Source: Pseudogymnoascus verrucosus
Lineage: Eukaryota
DNA: 64,000 nucleotides
Strand: one strand, 5' to 3'
Assembly (NCBI GenBank): GCA_001662655.1
Contig: KV460206.1
Of this stretch, positions 25,350 to 38,033 are shown piece by piece. Both the position numbers and the translations under genes were made by a program. The notes under the pieces are model-generated. The model made no database searches. It worked only from the letters and a program-made list of their open reading frames with translations, and was not told where the DNA came from. How positions within the stretch are numbered: position 1 is the first letter of the stretch; each line of letters begins with the position of its first letter.

Positions 25350-26892
25350 GCCTTTGCCTTGGACCTGCTGGTCTGGTGGGGAAGGAGCGTCTGCGGCGGT
25401 CTCTTTTTACTATTACCACGGTGGAGACGACGGCGCGCGAACAAACACCGTTGTATTATGATCCTTTTTTTTTTTTTGCATGGCGCGTGTGTTGGGTACG
25501 GGGATTAGGGAGGGATATTGTCGTGTATGTAAGGTGAAACATCACCATCTGCGCCGCGCGCGGGGAAAAACATTCCAGAAACCTTCTTCATCGCAAGAGC
25601 TGGTATAAGCCCTGCTAGGCCGGAGTAAAGGCGTTCTTTTTAGAGAAGGAGAGAATGATTTTTTTGTTCTGTTTAGACAAATACGATACCTACGAAATTG
25701 CTTGAGCTGGGTTTTGAGGGGAAGCTCACATTCACATTCGTTTTGAGTTTTTGGGCGAGCGTGATGGGTAATGTCTCGGATGGGTGGGGATGCTTTGGGC
25801 ATGGTGGTGGTTAGGAGGTGGGATATGAAGTGGAAAGACGATGGATGAGGAGTAGACAAAGTCTTGGATTTGCGAGAATGCAGTCGTTGACCATACCATA
25901 CATATATTCGTCTTATTGTGATACTCTTTACCTGTTATTCTAACATCTCTCCCCCTTTGATAACATTCACAGCACTCACTATTAACTCACCCACTCGACC
26001 AATGTAGTGGGCTCAGTATACATACTTTACGTCGTTGAGTTACTACAGTTGCAATAACGCCTTTTTTGCATTTAGGATAAAATCCGAACCGGAAACACAA
26101 ACCACGAGTTTCCGTGGCTGGCGAGATGGGAAAGTTGGAAATTGGCATCTCGCCTTGAAGGACCCCTGGTGGGGGGGGGTGGTGGGGAAGTGTGTGTGTT
26201 TGGTTGGTAGGTGTGAGTGTGGCGTGGGGTTGGTTTTTGATGACGGTTGTTGGGGATTGTTTCTGGGATTTGTTTCCAGTTACTGGGAAGGGTTTTAATT
26301 ACTACGGAGTGGGTAGGGGGGCTTATGATGGAATTGGATTTATATGATGGGAGATGGCTTTGAATGTCGAAATTAACTGGTACCAAGGTCTGGATTGACG
26401 GTGGTATTTTCTATTTTGGAGGTTGATATTATGGTAGGTAGATTTATATTTTATTTTATTATTTACTATTCACACGAAATTTATTATCCTGCTACAATAC
26501 CACTCCCACAATTCCTCGATGGGCCAAATAAATACCTTGAACCATGTCGGGGGAAATGAGAATAAGTGAGGAAATGAGGAAGTGGCGAATATAGCAATCA
26601 AGTTTCCACCATGAGAAGGCGTTGATACTCATCCAGGGATCAGTGAGTGAATGCCTGGAAAGAGCTACCTGCCTATATGTACATTCTTATTATAACTTTT
26701 TTTCACACCTCTGTGCCTGCCGTGTAATATATTACTAAATATCCCTCTTCATAGACCTTCTACCAGAAGAAAAGGGACCCGAATATACCAATTGAGCGCC
26801 TTCCCTTCTTATACAATTCCGTGAACCCCAAATGCGAACACAACGACGGTCCACAGCACAGCGAGCGACTGGCCCAGTGCCGGCCCCTCACA

Positions 26893-29251
26893 ATGCACAA
26901 CCTCAAACGCCGAATCCGCGCAAAGTTCCACCGTCACAACTCCACCGACTCCAACAGCAGCAGCAGCGACATCCAACCACAGCGATTACCAGGCCTGTCG
27001 TCGTCGCAGCGGATCCCCAGCACCTCGCCGCCCGCCTGGCGTTCCAGCTCGAACGACGCCAGTAGCGTTAGTCTGGAATGCGATCCGCGCTATCGGGGTG
27101 CTGCGGAGCCTGTGCCACACCCACATCCACTCGCGCAGCCACAGGGTGGTCCGCCCGGCGCCACGGCGAATCTCGACGACCACGACCGAGACACTGAGAC
27201 GTCGACTACGCTGCCGTCTTCACTGCCAACTACCGCACCGTCGCTGTCGAGTCCCGCTGCCAATACACCGACAGAGCAGGAGGAGGGAGATAAGCGCATT
27301 CACGACGCCGAGGATCTAGAGACGGAACGCCCAGAGCTAGAAAGCAACCCTGAACTAGTCGAGAAGCAAGAGTCAGGAACCCACCACCCTGAACAACAGC
27401 AGCAGCAGCTCGAGAATCCCGGCGCAGACGACCCCATCGACGACCTGGAGCCTGGAAATGGAATACAGATGCCGGTGAATCCCTCCGACAGCTCGCAACC
27501 GCGAGAGAGCGAGCGGCGCCAATCGCTCCTGCCGACACAGCAGACGGCGCTGATCCAGACACTCCTCGAGATCGGGAAGGCGGCGAACTTGGAGTCGGGA
27601 AGGGGAGAGCAGGGCAGCGCGAGCGGACAGCAGTCGACTATCAACGGCAGCATGTTGATGAGGAAGATCTGGGTCAAGAGGCCCAATTCGTCGGCGACGC
27701 TGGTTACTATAAATGAGGACGACCTGGTGGATGATGTGCGGGATATGATTTTGAGGAAATACGCGAATTCGCTGGGGAGGAATTTCGACGCGCCGGATGT
27801 TACGTTGAAGATTTGCTCGAGGGGGGATCATGCGAGGGACCATTCGAGAGACCATGGTCGTGAAAATCGACATGAAAGGATCCTTGGGCCCGAGGAACCG
27901 ATTTCGAGGACGATAGACGCCAACTTTCCCGGTGGCCAAACCGTACACGAAGCTTTGATTATCGATGTCCCCGTCAGGCCGGCTCCGCGACAATCTCCAA
28001 GAGCCACATTATACTATCACGACGAACTACGGCCTAGTGAGTCTGGGACAGACTACTTCCCACCTATGCCAGTTACGCTCGTTCCGTCCCCCCACCATCA
28101 GGGCGGCGTGTCGATGCCAGCATCAGCCAGCTCGAGCATCCCGCATTCCATATCCGTCCTCGGCACCGGGCATATCCCGAACCTGCCATCACCCGGGAGG
28201 AAATATGCCGCCAGGCCGCGAGTTTCTCGCGTGACCAGCTCTTCGCCTCCCGTTATCAACGGGCAACAGACTCCCGTGTCCGTTGGGGCCAGTGGTCGGA
28301 CTGCCTCGCCTCATGGGGCCAGGTCGAGAGTTCATCCGGTACTGGCAGAGCATTCCAAGACACCCCCTACTCCGAAACCGCCGACTCCACCGGAAATCGA
28401 AGCAATCGCTCCAGGTATCGTGGCCCCACCGCCCCGGGATTCCTCACCTGCCCCTAGCTCCAGACCGAAGAAGCCGAAGAGACTCATGAGGAACCTTCCC
28501 TCCATGCCCGGAGGGATGCTCAATGGCGCCAGCGTCCCACCCATCAACGTCCTCATCGTCGAAGACAACATCATCAACCTAAAGCTCCTCGAAGCCTTCA
28601 TGAAGCGCCTCAAGGTGCGCTGGCAGACCGCCATGGACGGCAAGGACGCCATGACCAAATGGCGCCAAGGCGGCTTCCATCTCGTCCTAATGGACATCCA
28701 GCTCCCCGTGATGAACGGGTTGGAAGCCACGCGCGAGATCCGCCGCCTCGAGCGCCTCAACGGCATTGGCGTCTTCTCGTCGGCGTCGAGCACCGCGCCC
28801 GAGAAGCCAGAGGAGCCGGAGGGAGAGGATAAATTGCCCACGCCTATCCTGTTTAAGAGCCCCGTCATCATCGTGGCGCTCACAGCGAGCTCGCTGCAGA
28901 GTGATCGTCACGAGGCGTTGGCGTCGGGGTGTAATGATTTCTTGACCAAGGTACGCTTCCTTCCCCCACAGTCGGAGAATGATTGAAAGATAAATAAATA
29001 CTAACTCCCCCTACCAGCCCGTCAACTTTGTCTGGCTCGAGCGCAAGGTGATGGAATGGGGATGCATGCAGGCCCTGATCGACTTCGACGGATGGCGCAA
29101 GTGGAAGGATTTCTCGGCGCAGGAGGTGCAGAAAGACGCGCCGCCGAAGAAGAGTGGCGGCGGTGGCGGAAAGGGGAAGGGCAAGAAGAGCCGGATGGGC
29201 GCTGCGCGCGAGGCGGTCGCTACGAGTGCTACTATTAGGGAGGAGGAGTAG
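26893..29251 (+). CDS. SSK1: HOG-pathway response regulator Ssk1/SskA
   Basis: RKIWVKRP..ATLV domain and receiver domain VPPINVLIVEDNIIN...LVLMDIQLPVMNGLEATREIR...PVIIVALTAS...GCNDFLTK|PVNFVWLERKVMEWGCMQALIDFDGW. Intron at 28951..29017. Confidence 0.95.
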
Positions 29252-29963
29252 GTGAGGGACGTGGTGATGGTTGTGGGTGGGGAGGAAACGCACTATGTGG
29301 TTGCTGTGCTGCGCTGCGTCGGAGCCATTCTACCTCCGTTCGTATCTTCTTTTTCCTGTTTTCGTTTTTCCTGTTTTCGTTTTCTCATGGGTGTCGGATA
29401 CATATAAATAGCCTGGGCGTTTGTTTCGTGGGACGGGAGCGTGGTGCATTCTAGGGGTGTGTGTTTTTTATATTGACACTCTATGTGGGGGAGGTTTTCA
29501 CCTCCCGCGGTCTCTTATCTATTTTCTGGTGGGTGAGGGTGGAGATGGGGAGGAGGTTATGTAGGATTACTGATGGCGTGGGTGAGCCAGAGGAGGTGTG
29601 TGAAGGGAGGAAGGGAGTGAGGGGGCTGTTAGTTAGGGATGTGATAGATGGTGGTGGGCGGAGGAGGAGGGGCGCTGTAGCGTATTATATACTCCTTGAG
29701 ATGGGAAACTGAGCTTTTCTTGGTAGCTGTGAGTGCATTGAGATATTGCGATGAGTGACCCCCCGTACAAAAATATAGGCAACCCATTTCCTCTCATTGT
29801 AAACCCACGTCTTCCATCGCCATCACCCATCTCCAACCCAAACCACGAAACCCCCATCCTCGCTTAACCCTCCACCACCACACAAAAAATAATCCCAACC
29901 TCAACCACTATTGAGGTCAAAAAAGAAAGAAACTGAAGTAGGCAAAATGACAAAAAGATGATT

Positions 29964-30037
29964 TGGTCACTACGAGGGTCGAACTCGCGACCTTGGCGTT
30001 ATTAGCACCACGCTCTAACCAACTGAGCTAAGCGACC
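29964..30037 (-). tRNA. tRNA-Ile, anticodon AAT, no intron
   Basis: GGTCGCT TAGCTCAGTTGGTTAGAGC G TGGTG CT-AAT-AA CGCCA AGGTC GCGAG TTCGACC CTCGT AGTGACC A folds into a full cloverleaf with A and B boxes. Confidence 0.96.
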
Positions 30038-30621
30038 GGGTTATTGATGGTTGGGGTGGGGGAGAGGGGTATTTATGTGGGTGTCGTCATGGTTAGTTTG
30101 GTTCAATTCAATTCTTCCGGTTGGTGGAAGTACGGAGGCGGGTGGTGGGTTGGGTGTGAGTGATAGGTAGGTAGGTGTTGTTTGATTTCAGGCGGTCTAT
30201 ATTATAGAATGAAGAGGTACTGCTCGCTCAGATTGGGAACTTTATTTTGGAAGACACGCTGCTTATTATGTATATCGTACTCCTCCCTCTCTCATATTCT
30301 GTAATGCGACCCGTTCTTCCCCCGGTATCTGTCCAGAAAAAATCCATCCATCCATCCATCCATCTAGGAAGAAAACAAAATCTTTTGTGATTAGAAACCC
30401 CCGTCTCCGTTCCCTTCCCTAATAGTCTCGCTCTCTGAAGTACTGGCGGATTGTGAATACAGGCAGTTTCGCTGATTGAAAGGACCGAGGATTGCGAGGC
30501 TCGGTGTGGATATACGGGGGGTATCCGTGTCCACCGTCTGTTCGGAGGGGAGATAAAATAGAATAGTAAAAGAATAAGTATATAAGTATCATAAAATGTC
30601 GTCAAAAACGCTTTTGTGTCA

Positions 30622-32366
30622 TCAAGAGACGTGACATTTCACCAAGTCATCAGAAAGGTCGTCAGACTCCGCTTTGGCCCCCGTCAGCCGCCACAGCAGG
30701 ATCTATGTCGTTGTGTCAGCTTCTCCGCTCCCACCTTCTATCCATCAGCAGAGGGTAGAGGTAGACTCACTCTTATTAATCGAAGACGCCGTCGTCAAAG
30801 ACGGGTTCGTCGAGGTCTCCACCACATCACCCCGCTCAACCTGCATCTCCACATCCTCTCCCCCCTTTCCTCCCTTCCCACCCTTCCGGGACTCCTTGAG
30901 GCAAAACCGCCGCTCAGAAAACTTCCACGGCGTCCCAGCGTGCGCCTTCTCCTCGAGGACGTCGTCGAAGGTCTTTCCCTCCAATGCAGCGGCGCGACGG
31001 ACGCGGCGCGTGCGGATGAGCCAGATGCCGTGGGAGCCGAGGATGCCGAGTTCGAGGATTATGACGGCGATGTAGAGGATGCCGCCGAGGATGTCGAATT
31101 CGTGTTGGGCGACTGGTGGTGGGTGTTAGGGTGCTGATAGTTTGGGGGTTGGGGAGGGGCGGGGGAGCATACCGAGTGCCATGAGGGAGAAGAAGGCGCC
31201 GAGAAGGTCGATGAAGATGAACCAGAGGCTTATGCCGACGACGCGGCCGCGGCGCTTCCACATCTCGTAGTAAGGTGGGAGGAGGCCGATGGCGACGAGG
31301 AGGGAGGCGATGACGCCGACGATTATCATGGGGTAGTCGATGCCGCGGTTGTAGAGGGGCTGTTGGGCGGTTAGTTGGAAATATTCTGGGGAGGCCTGGG
31401 AAGAGATCCCTGAGAATGAGGGCGAAGAGGGTACACATGGGTTGGAGTTGCAAAATTGGCTTTCTGCCCAGGGACAGATGGGTGAGATTGGAGACGAGGG
31501 GAAGAAAAACGTACCCTCAGCGTGAGGACTAATACCGCCTGAGCACCTCCAAAGATGGCCGCTGTGGTTACCCCATAGATGGTAGCTTTAAACCATGACC
31601 ACCCACTGCACGCAGGTCAGTAATGTAAGCAAGACTTGCGGCCCTGATGAGGGATGTGAGGGAGGTGATATCTTACTTTCCGTAGACAAGGATCTGAACC
31701 CATGATATGAGGGACAGCGTGCAGAGGAGCTGAGGCTGGATCTGGAGTGGCGTATTGAAGTGCTTTTGACCGTTAGTATATCAAGGCAAGGCCTCGACTG
31801 GAGAGCATAGATCAGTTGGAAAGTGTACTTGGACGATGGCGTATGTGCCGAATGGGACTGCGGCAATAGCCCATAAAAAGACCATGGCAGGTGGCAAGCC
31901 ATCTGTATCTTTGGTCTTCCAATTTGACCAGATTCTGAAGGGTGGTTAGGACGCAATGGCTAAGAGAACAAAAAGGGGTTGGCCATACTGCGGAAGTAAC
32001 TGTGGGGTTGTTAGCATGTGTTCATGATATATTTGTTGTCACGTTTCTGGGGTGGGGCTGGTCTTACTTGGATGCACCATAATCTTGATGTGGCTGTCAG
32101 TAAAGTGGAAAAAGTGAGCCTTCAAAGGGTGGGAATATAACATACACTGTTGCAAGTTAGAAAGGTCACAGTGATCAGAGGCGCGGCATGACTTACCTGT
32201 GCCAATTGTCTACACCAAAATATCAAGGTTCAGATTAGATCTCTATGTGAAGTGGAAGTAAGAGGACTTACACCAAGGACATTTGCAGCCTGTTGGAGGT
32301 CAGAACATGTGAGTCGTTGGGTGAAGTCAGCGAACTTACAACAGGTTGTTCCTCTATAATTGCCAT
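30622..32366 (-). CDS. PQ-loop repeat membrane transporter, about 12 exons with six very short 5' exons
   Basis: Manual splicing gives MAIIEEQPV-AANVLG-TIGTVLWCIQ-LLPQIWSNWKTKDTDGLP...QIQPQ...GLLPPYYEMWKRRGRVVGIS..F..IDLLGAFFSL. The last intron (30703..30770) and the C-terminus are less certain. Confidence 0.85.
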
Positions 32367-35300
32367 CTGCATCCAAAATGTGGTGATAATATCTGAAGTT
32401 GAACTTGCAGTCGAATATATAGGAGTGTAAGAAGAAGAAACAAGAAGAACACGGAGACAAGAAAGCAGGAAACCAAAAGTAGATTGGAAAGAGTAGATGT
32501 TGGGACCGGCTGCTATTGTTCGGTCTCGGGTATATATAACAATGGCTATTGAAGAAGGGGGAAAAAGAGGATCGAATCCTTACAAGTGAATCTGGACCCT
32601 GATAGACAGATAGATAGGGAGGTGATCCGGAATAGCTGAAATCCCACGCCAACCGCGCCAGCCGGGGAGATAGCAGCAGGGGGACGGCATCTCTTGTGGA
32701 GAAGAGGGGAAAAGTATTATCTCATGGCTGTCGCATGTCTTGGACGGCATTGGCCTTGACAGGGCCAGATAGCAGGTACAGCAAATAGTACGTCAAATAT
32801 CGTCTGCACACTCCATCTGATACACGGTAATGGGATTTCTAGTGGGAATTTCTCAGGTTAGTGGTGATTAGCGGTTATTAGTGGTGCGTTAGTAGTGGTA
32901 AGTAGTGGTCAGTAGCGGTTAGTAGTGGTTAGTTGGTGGCTAGGGCTACTGAAAATGGACGTGAGGGTGGATGGATGTGATGGATGTGATTGATGTGGGA
33001 GGGAAGGATGGGAGTGACCGGATGAGAATATTGGACCTTGGAGACGTGATTGGCAGGTGTGATTACGCGCTGTAGGAGCCCAGAGCTCTCTGAATTGATC
33101 TAGGGATGTTTGAGTTGTGGAGCGACGGGCTGAGACGGGTTGGAGGCTAGATTTGGATTGGATTCTTCAGCGTTTTTAATATAATACTGCATATAACTGC
33201 ATTCTGATCTTTTCATATCCATCTCAATCGGTGAGAGGCTGGCCATATAGGGCAATGTGCGGGTATTGTGGTGGTTGCAGTATTACGCACAGTAGAGGAT
33301 ACAGTGCAGTAATTACGCACATAATGTACATAATGCACGCACGCACACCCAACACACACGACCCGGTTCACGACTAACAAACCAACGATCAACGGCAGAC
33401 CAGGCCGGTCAGCACAGGCATATACTGTATGACCTGCATCAGCTATTTACGCTAAGATCTCCGATGGACGGACAACCGAAGATCGGGCGATCCGCGACAA
33501 GGTGGGATGGGGATGGGAAATAGAGGGTTTTGAGGGGCTGGAAAGGCTGGAAGGCTGGTGGTGGCTCGATGTCGAGGCGTTATTTTTTCCCCAACAGGAT
33601 ATCCCGGGCTGTGGCGGCTATGTTAAAAAAGAAAAATAACTATTGATAGGCACGGCACATATACATATACATACATATCCATGCCGCACCAACACCAACG
33701 AAGACCAAAGAAGGGTCAAGTTCGGCAACGACAAGACACATAAGAATACAGGTCATATAAAGAGTGCATTCTCCTGTGCGTTGAGGGTCTGTCTGTTGGC
33801 CCTGCAGACTCACTGCCCCACCATTCATCCCTTGTCTCCATGTCTGGTCAATGGTCCGACGACGACGACGATCGATGCTGCAGACTGAGTGGCTAACTGC
33901 GTGGCTATCGCGGGTGCGGAAAGAACGAAGAAGGCAGCTGGACTGTGCCGATGCTCGCTGATATCCGTTTCTGGCCAGATGCCACCATGGCCCCCCAGGC
34001 CTCCAGGGCCCCAGGGCATGTATATCATGTATATCACCATAGTATACATGTATGAGCATACTCATCTGTTGTCCGGAACCACGAATTAGGGAAGACGGAG
34101 CTTCACCTGCAGCACATATGCATTTTTTGAGACTGAGGGTGTAGAAGTTTTATCCGCGCAACCAACGACGGGGTATGAAGTCAAGAACAATCCAGTGAGA
34201 ATACAGCAAGCACCGTCCTCGCACCTACCCCCATTTTGTGATTTTATAATACATGCGCCAGACGCGGCTACATGTATATATATATGTTGCCGCTGAATAT
34301 TCAGAGAATCTTCCGGCTTGACGTCACGAGATTTATTATTAGTAGAGAGACAGAAGGAGGGAGAGCGAAGAGAGTGACAGACAACTATGGAAGGAGGGCA
34401 CGGAACGGAGTTATTAGAAAGTGCGGGGGGGAGGGGGAGCTATGGGCACAAGGTCCCCCAAAATCGGCTATCAACCAATCATCGCAGTCGTAACCTTGCG
34501 TGCTGAACCCCACATTCGTCTGGACAACAAATTGTGGACAGTTCATGGTATTTGGATATTTACTAAGGATACTCTACTCACAAGGAAAGTCAGTAGAACC
34601 TCAATTGCTTTCCACCAGTTCCTGAGAAAGTGATATATATATTATATACACCGTCCGCCCCTTCATATACATACGCCTTTGTATATCCAGTTTCAAGCTG
34701 CACACCTGCAGCTACCTTGTGTGTGAATTTGGTAAGTCAAACCACCCTCTCTTTCTTCCCTGTTCCAGCACTCTTTGGCCAGTTGCACCTGCATTGGAAT
34801 GAGGATCATGCGGGAACCCACAAACAAACGCAAAGATGCACCGATCCGTCTGGCTCTTCTGGATCTGCGACTCACAAAATGCGGGATTGCTGGTGAAATA
34901 TCTCGGAATAGCATTCTTTATCTTCGCTGGCCGCCTACACGCCCTCACCTATTACTGCCGCCTACCTGGAACCTCTCAATGAACTGTTATAAATATCGCC
35001 TACTCAATCAAGCCTTTTCAAATTCAAACCCGATCACACATTCATCTGCACGACCAAAGCTTCACAGTCATTGTCAGCTGCCACGAACAAACTGAGGCTT
35101 GAACCACTGTCAAGATGGCCTCCGGGACCGGCCCGTACCAATTCAGCACACCCACCAGGAAGCCCAGGCGAACCTATGGCCTCAAAATTGGCTACAACAC
35201 TCCTTTTAGCAAGAAGAAGGCCGAGGACTCCTCCACGAACTCTTCACCTGAATCTACAAGCTCATCTTCATCAGCGCAGTCTGCTAACTTCATTGCTCCT

Positions 35301-35387
35301 TTTCCTAGTCCTAGCAGCTCCCCTGCGTCAGTCACATCCTCATCATCGGTTCAGCGTCCGCATACAACCCCCGCCCAATACGCAAAA

Positions 35388-38033
35388 ATGGCAGTCCAGG
35401 CTGGCAGAGTCAAGTCTGTGTTGAGCGGTGACACGATCATCCTCACCTCCATCGTCAACCCAGCGCAAGAAAAGATCCTGTCTCTGGCCTACATTACAGC
35501 ACCGCGCCTCAACAAGACCGGTGACGAACCGTGGGCATTCGAGAGCCGCGATTACCTACGAAAGAGCTTGGTTGGCAAGAACATCCAATTCCAGGTTCTC
35601 TACGAGATTCCGACCACAAAGCGACAGTTTGGCGTGATATTCCTTGAGGATGGAGTGAAGTTTCCGCAGGCAGTTGTCCGCGAAGGCTGGGCCAAGATCA
35701 AGGATGCAGCTGGCCGCAAGGAAGACACAGAAAAGGCTGTCCAACTGCTGAATGAGCTCAAGCTTCTGGAAAGCCAAGCTCGCGCTGAAGACCTGGGTGT
35801 CTGGTCACCATCTAGCGGGCACCTCGACGTTCAGCACGACCTGGGCAACTCCGACGAATTCATGGCAGAATACAAGGGCCAATCCGTGGATGGAGTTGTC
35901 GAGCGCATTCTCAGCGGCGACCGGATGCTTGTGCGATTAATAATGCCCAACAAGAAGCACTATCAACCTATGACTCTTGTTGCTGGTATTAGAGCCCCAA
36001 GCACAGAACGTGTCAACCCGTCAAACCAACAAGTGCAGCCAGCCGAACCCCTAGGAAACGAAGCCAAGGCATTTGTTGAGACTAGGTTATTACAACGCAA
36101 CGTGAAGGTCGACATCCTCGGTGTCAGCCCACAAAACCAACTGATTGCCACCGTCAGGCACCCCAAAGGCAGCATCGCGAATTTCTTGCTTGCTGCTGGA
36201 CTTGCGCGTTGCTCGGATCACCACTCGACTCTACTGGGTTCAGCAATGCCGGCATTGAGACAGGCTGAGAAGGATGCCCAGGTCAACAAGCGTGGCCTTT
36301 ACGAGGGACATGTGGCCAAGTCGAAATCCGGCGCAGCTGCACAAGAAGTCACAGTCACCCGTGTTTTCAGCGCAGACACCCTGTTTGTCCGAAACAAAGC
36401 TGGTGTGGAGAAGCGCATCAACATCTCCAGTGTTAGAGGCCCAAGAACAAACGAACCTTCTGAAGCCCTATTCAAAGATGCTGCCAAAGAATTTCTGCGC
36501 AAGAAGGTCATCGGAAAGCACGTACGCGTGAGTGTTGATGGCTCAAGGCCAGCTACCGATGGGTACGATGCCAAGGACGTCGCAACTGTCATCCTGAACG
36601 ACACGAATATTGGCCTTGCTCTCGCCCAGGAAGGATGGGTTTCGATCATTCGCCACAAGAGGGACGACACTGACCGCGCACCAAACTACGATGAACTTCT
36701 GGCAGCACAAGAGACCGCAAAGGAGGAGAAGAAGGGCATGTGGTCGCCGAAAGCCCCAGCCATCAAGACCTATGTTGATGCATCCGAGACCGCTCAGAAG
36801 GCAAAAATGCAACTTCAGACTCTCCAGCGCCAAAAGAAGATCCCAGCAATCGTCGACTTCGTGAAGAGTGGTTCGCGATTCACAGTTCTCATCCCCCGCG
36901 AAGGCGCAAAGTTGAACTTCGTTCTTGGAGGTATCAGAGCTCCAAAGTCTGCGAGGAACCCAAGCGAGCAGAGCGAACCCTTCGGGCAAGAGGCACACGA
37001 CTTTGCGACGAAGCGCTGCAGCCAGCGTGATGTCGAGATTGATGTTCACAACATTGACAAGGTCGGTGGATTCATCGGTGAGCTTTTCGTCAACCGCGAG
37101 AGCTTTGCCAAGGCTCTCGTTGAGGAGGGTTATGCTACTGTCCACGAATATTCCGCCGAGCAGTCTGGAAACGCCCAAGAGCTCCTAGGTGCCCAAGGTC
37201 GTGCCAAGGCAGCGAGAAAGGGTCTGTGGAAGGATTGGGACCCGTCCCAAGACGAGGAAGCCGAGTCGGCTGAAGCCGCCCCTGAGAACGACACAAACGG
37301 CGACTCTGCGCCCGTTGAACGCCAAAAGGATTACCGCGACGTGGTCATCACCAACATCGACGACGAGGGTAAGCTCAAGCTCCAAATCATCGGCACCGGC
37401 ACCTCGAGCCTCGACACCATGATGTCTCAATTCCGCAGCTTCCACCTCAACCCCACCAACAACGCCGGGCTCCCCGCCGACCCCAAGGCCGGGGACTTCG
37501 TCTCCGCCAAGTTCAGCGAGGACGGGCAATGGTACCGCGCGCGCATCCGCGCCAACGACCGCCCCGCCAAGGTAGCCGAGGTGCAGTACATCGACTTCGG
37601 CAACAAGGAGAAGATCCCCTGGGCCCAGCTGCGCCCTCTGCAACCCCAGTTCTCGATCCAGAAGCTGAAGGCGCAGGCGCAGGATGCGGTCCTCTCGCTC
37701 CTCCAGCTGCCAGTCAGCACGGAGTACCTCAACGACGCAATCGCGTACATCACGGAGCTGACGGCGAACAAGGAGCTCGTTGCTAATGTGGATTACACGG
37801 ACAAGGACGGGACGCTCTACGTCACGCTGTTTGATCCCAAGACGAGCGATAAGCTGACTGAGAGCATCAACTCTGAGGTCGTGGCTGAGGGCCTCGCGAT
37901 GGTGCCGAGGAAGCTGAAGCCGTGGGAGCGTAGCTTTGGGGATGTCTTGAAGGCGTTGAAGAAGGTGGAGACTGTTGCTAAGGACGATGAGCGCAGGGGT
38001 ATGTGGGAGTATGGTGATCTGACTGAGGATTAG
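35388..38033 (+). CDS. SND1: Tudor staphylococcal nuclease (Tudor-SN/p100)
   Basis: Four SNase repeats (VKSVLSGDT, VERILSGDR, VTRVFSADT, VDFVKSGSRF), a Tudor domain (AKFSEDGQWYRARI..VQYIDFGN) and C-terminal GMWEYGDLTED. An upstream in-frame ATG lies at 35115. Confidence 0.96.
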   Translation: MAVQAGRVKSVLSGDTIILTSIVNPAQEKILSLAYITAPRLNKTGDEPWAFESRDYLRKSLVGKNIQFQVLYEIPTTKRQFGVIFLEDGVKFPQAVVREGWAKIKDAAGRKEDTEKAVQLLNELKLLESQARAEDLGVWSPSSGHLDVQHDLGNSDEFMAEYKGQSVDGVVERILSGDRMLVRLIMPNKKHYQPMTLVAGIRAPSTERVNPSNQQVQPAEPLGNEAKAFVETRLLQRNVKVDILGVSPQNQLIATVRHPKGSIANFLLAAGLARCSDHHSTLLGSAMPALRQAEKDAQVNKRGLYEGHVAKSKSGAAAQEVTVTRVFSADTLFVRNKAGVEKRINISSVRGPRTNEPSEALFKDAAKEFLRKKVIGKHVRVSVDGSRPATDGYDAKDVATVILNDTNIGLALAQEGWVSIIRHKRDDTDRAPNYDELLAAQETAKEEKKGMWSPKAPAIKTYVDASETAQKAKMQLQTLQRQKKIPAIVDFVKSGSRFTVLIPREGAKLNFVLGGIRAPKSARNPSEQSEPFGQEAHDFATKRCSQRDVEIDVHNIDKVGGFIGELFVNRESFAKALVEEGYATVHEYSAEQSGNAQELLGAQGRAKAARKGLWKDWDPSQDEEAESAEAAPENDTNGDSAPVERQKDYRDVVITNIDDEGKLKLQIIGTGTSSLDTMMSQFRSFHLNPTNNAGLPADPKAGDFVSAKFSEDGQWYRARIRANDRPAKVAEVQYIDFGNKEKIPWAQLRPLQPQFSIQKLKAQAQDAVLSLLQLPVSTEYLNDAIAYITELTANKELVANVDYTDKDGTLYVTLFDPKTSDKLTESINSEVVAEGLAMVPRKLKPWERSFGDVLKALKKVETVAKDDERRGMWEYGDLTED

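Noticed and set aside
26832..27065. Out-of-frame upstream ATG overlapping the SSK1 start
   Set aside because: The transcription start is unknown, so it cannot be called a uORF.
32147..32197. Stwintron ([D1,2]) reading of the abutting PQ-loop introns
   Set aside because: The rebuilt donor GTGTAT is poor and the resulting mRNA is out of frame. The 1-nt exon model restores the family consensus.
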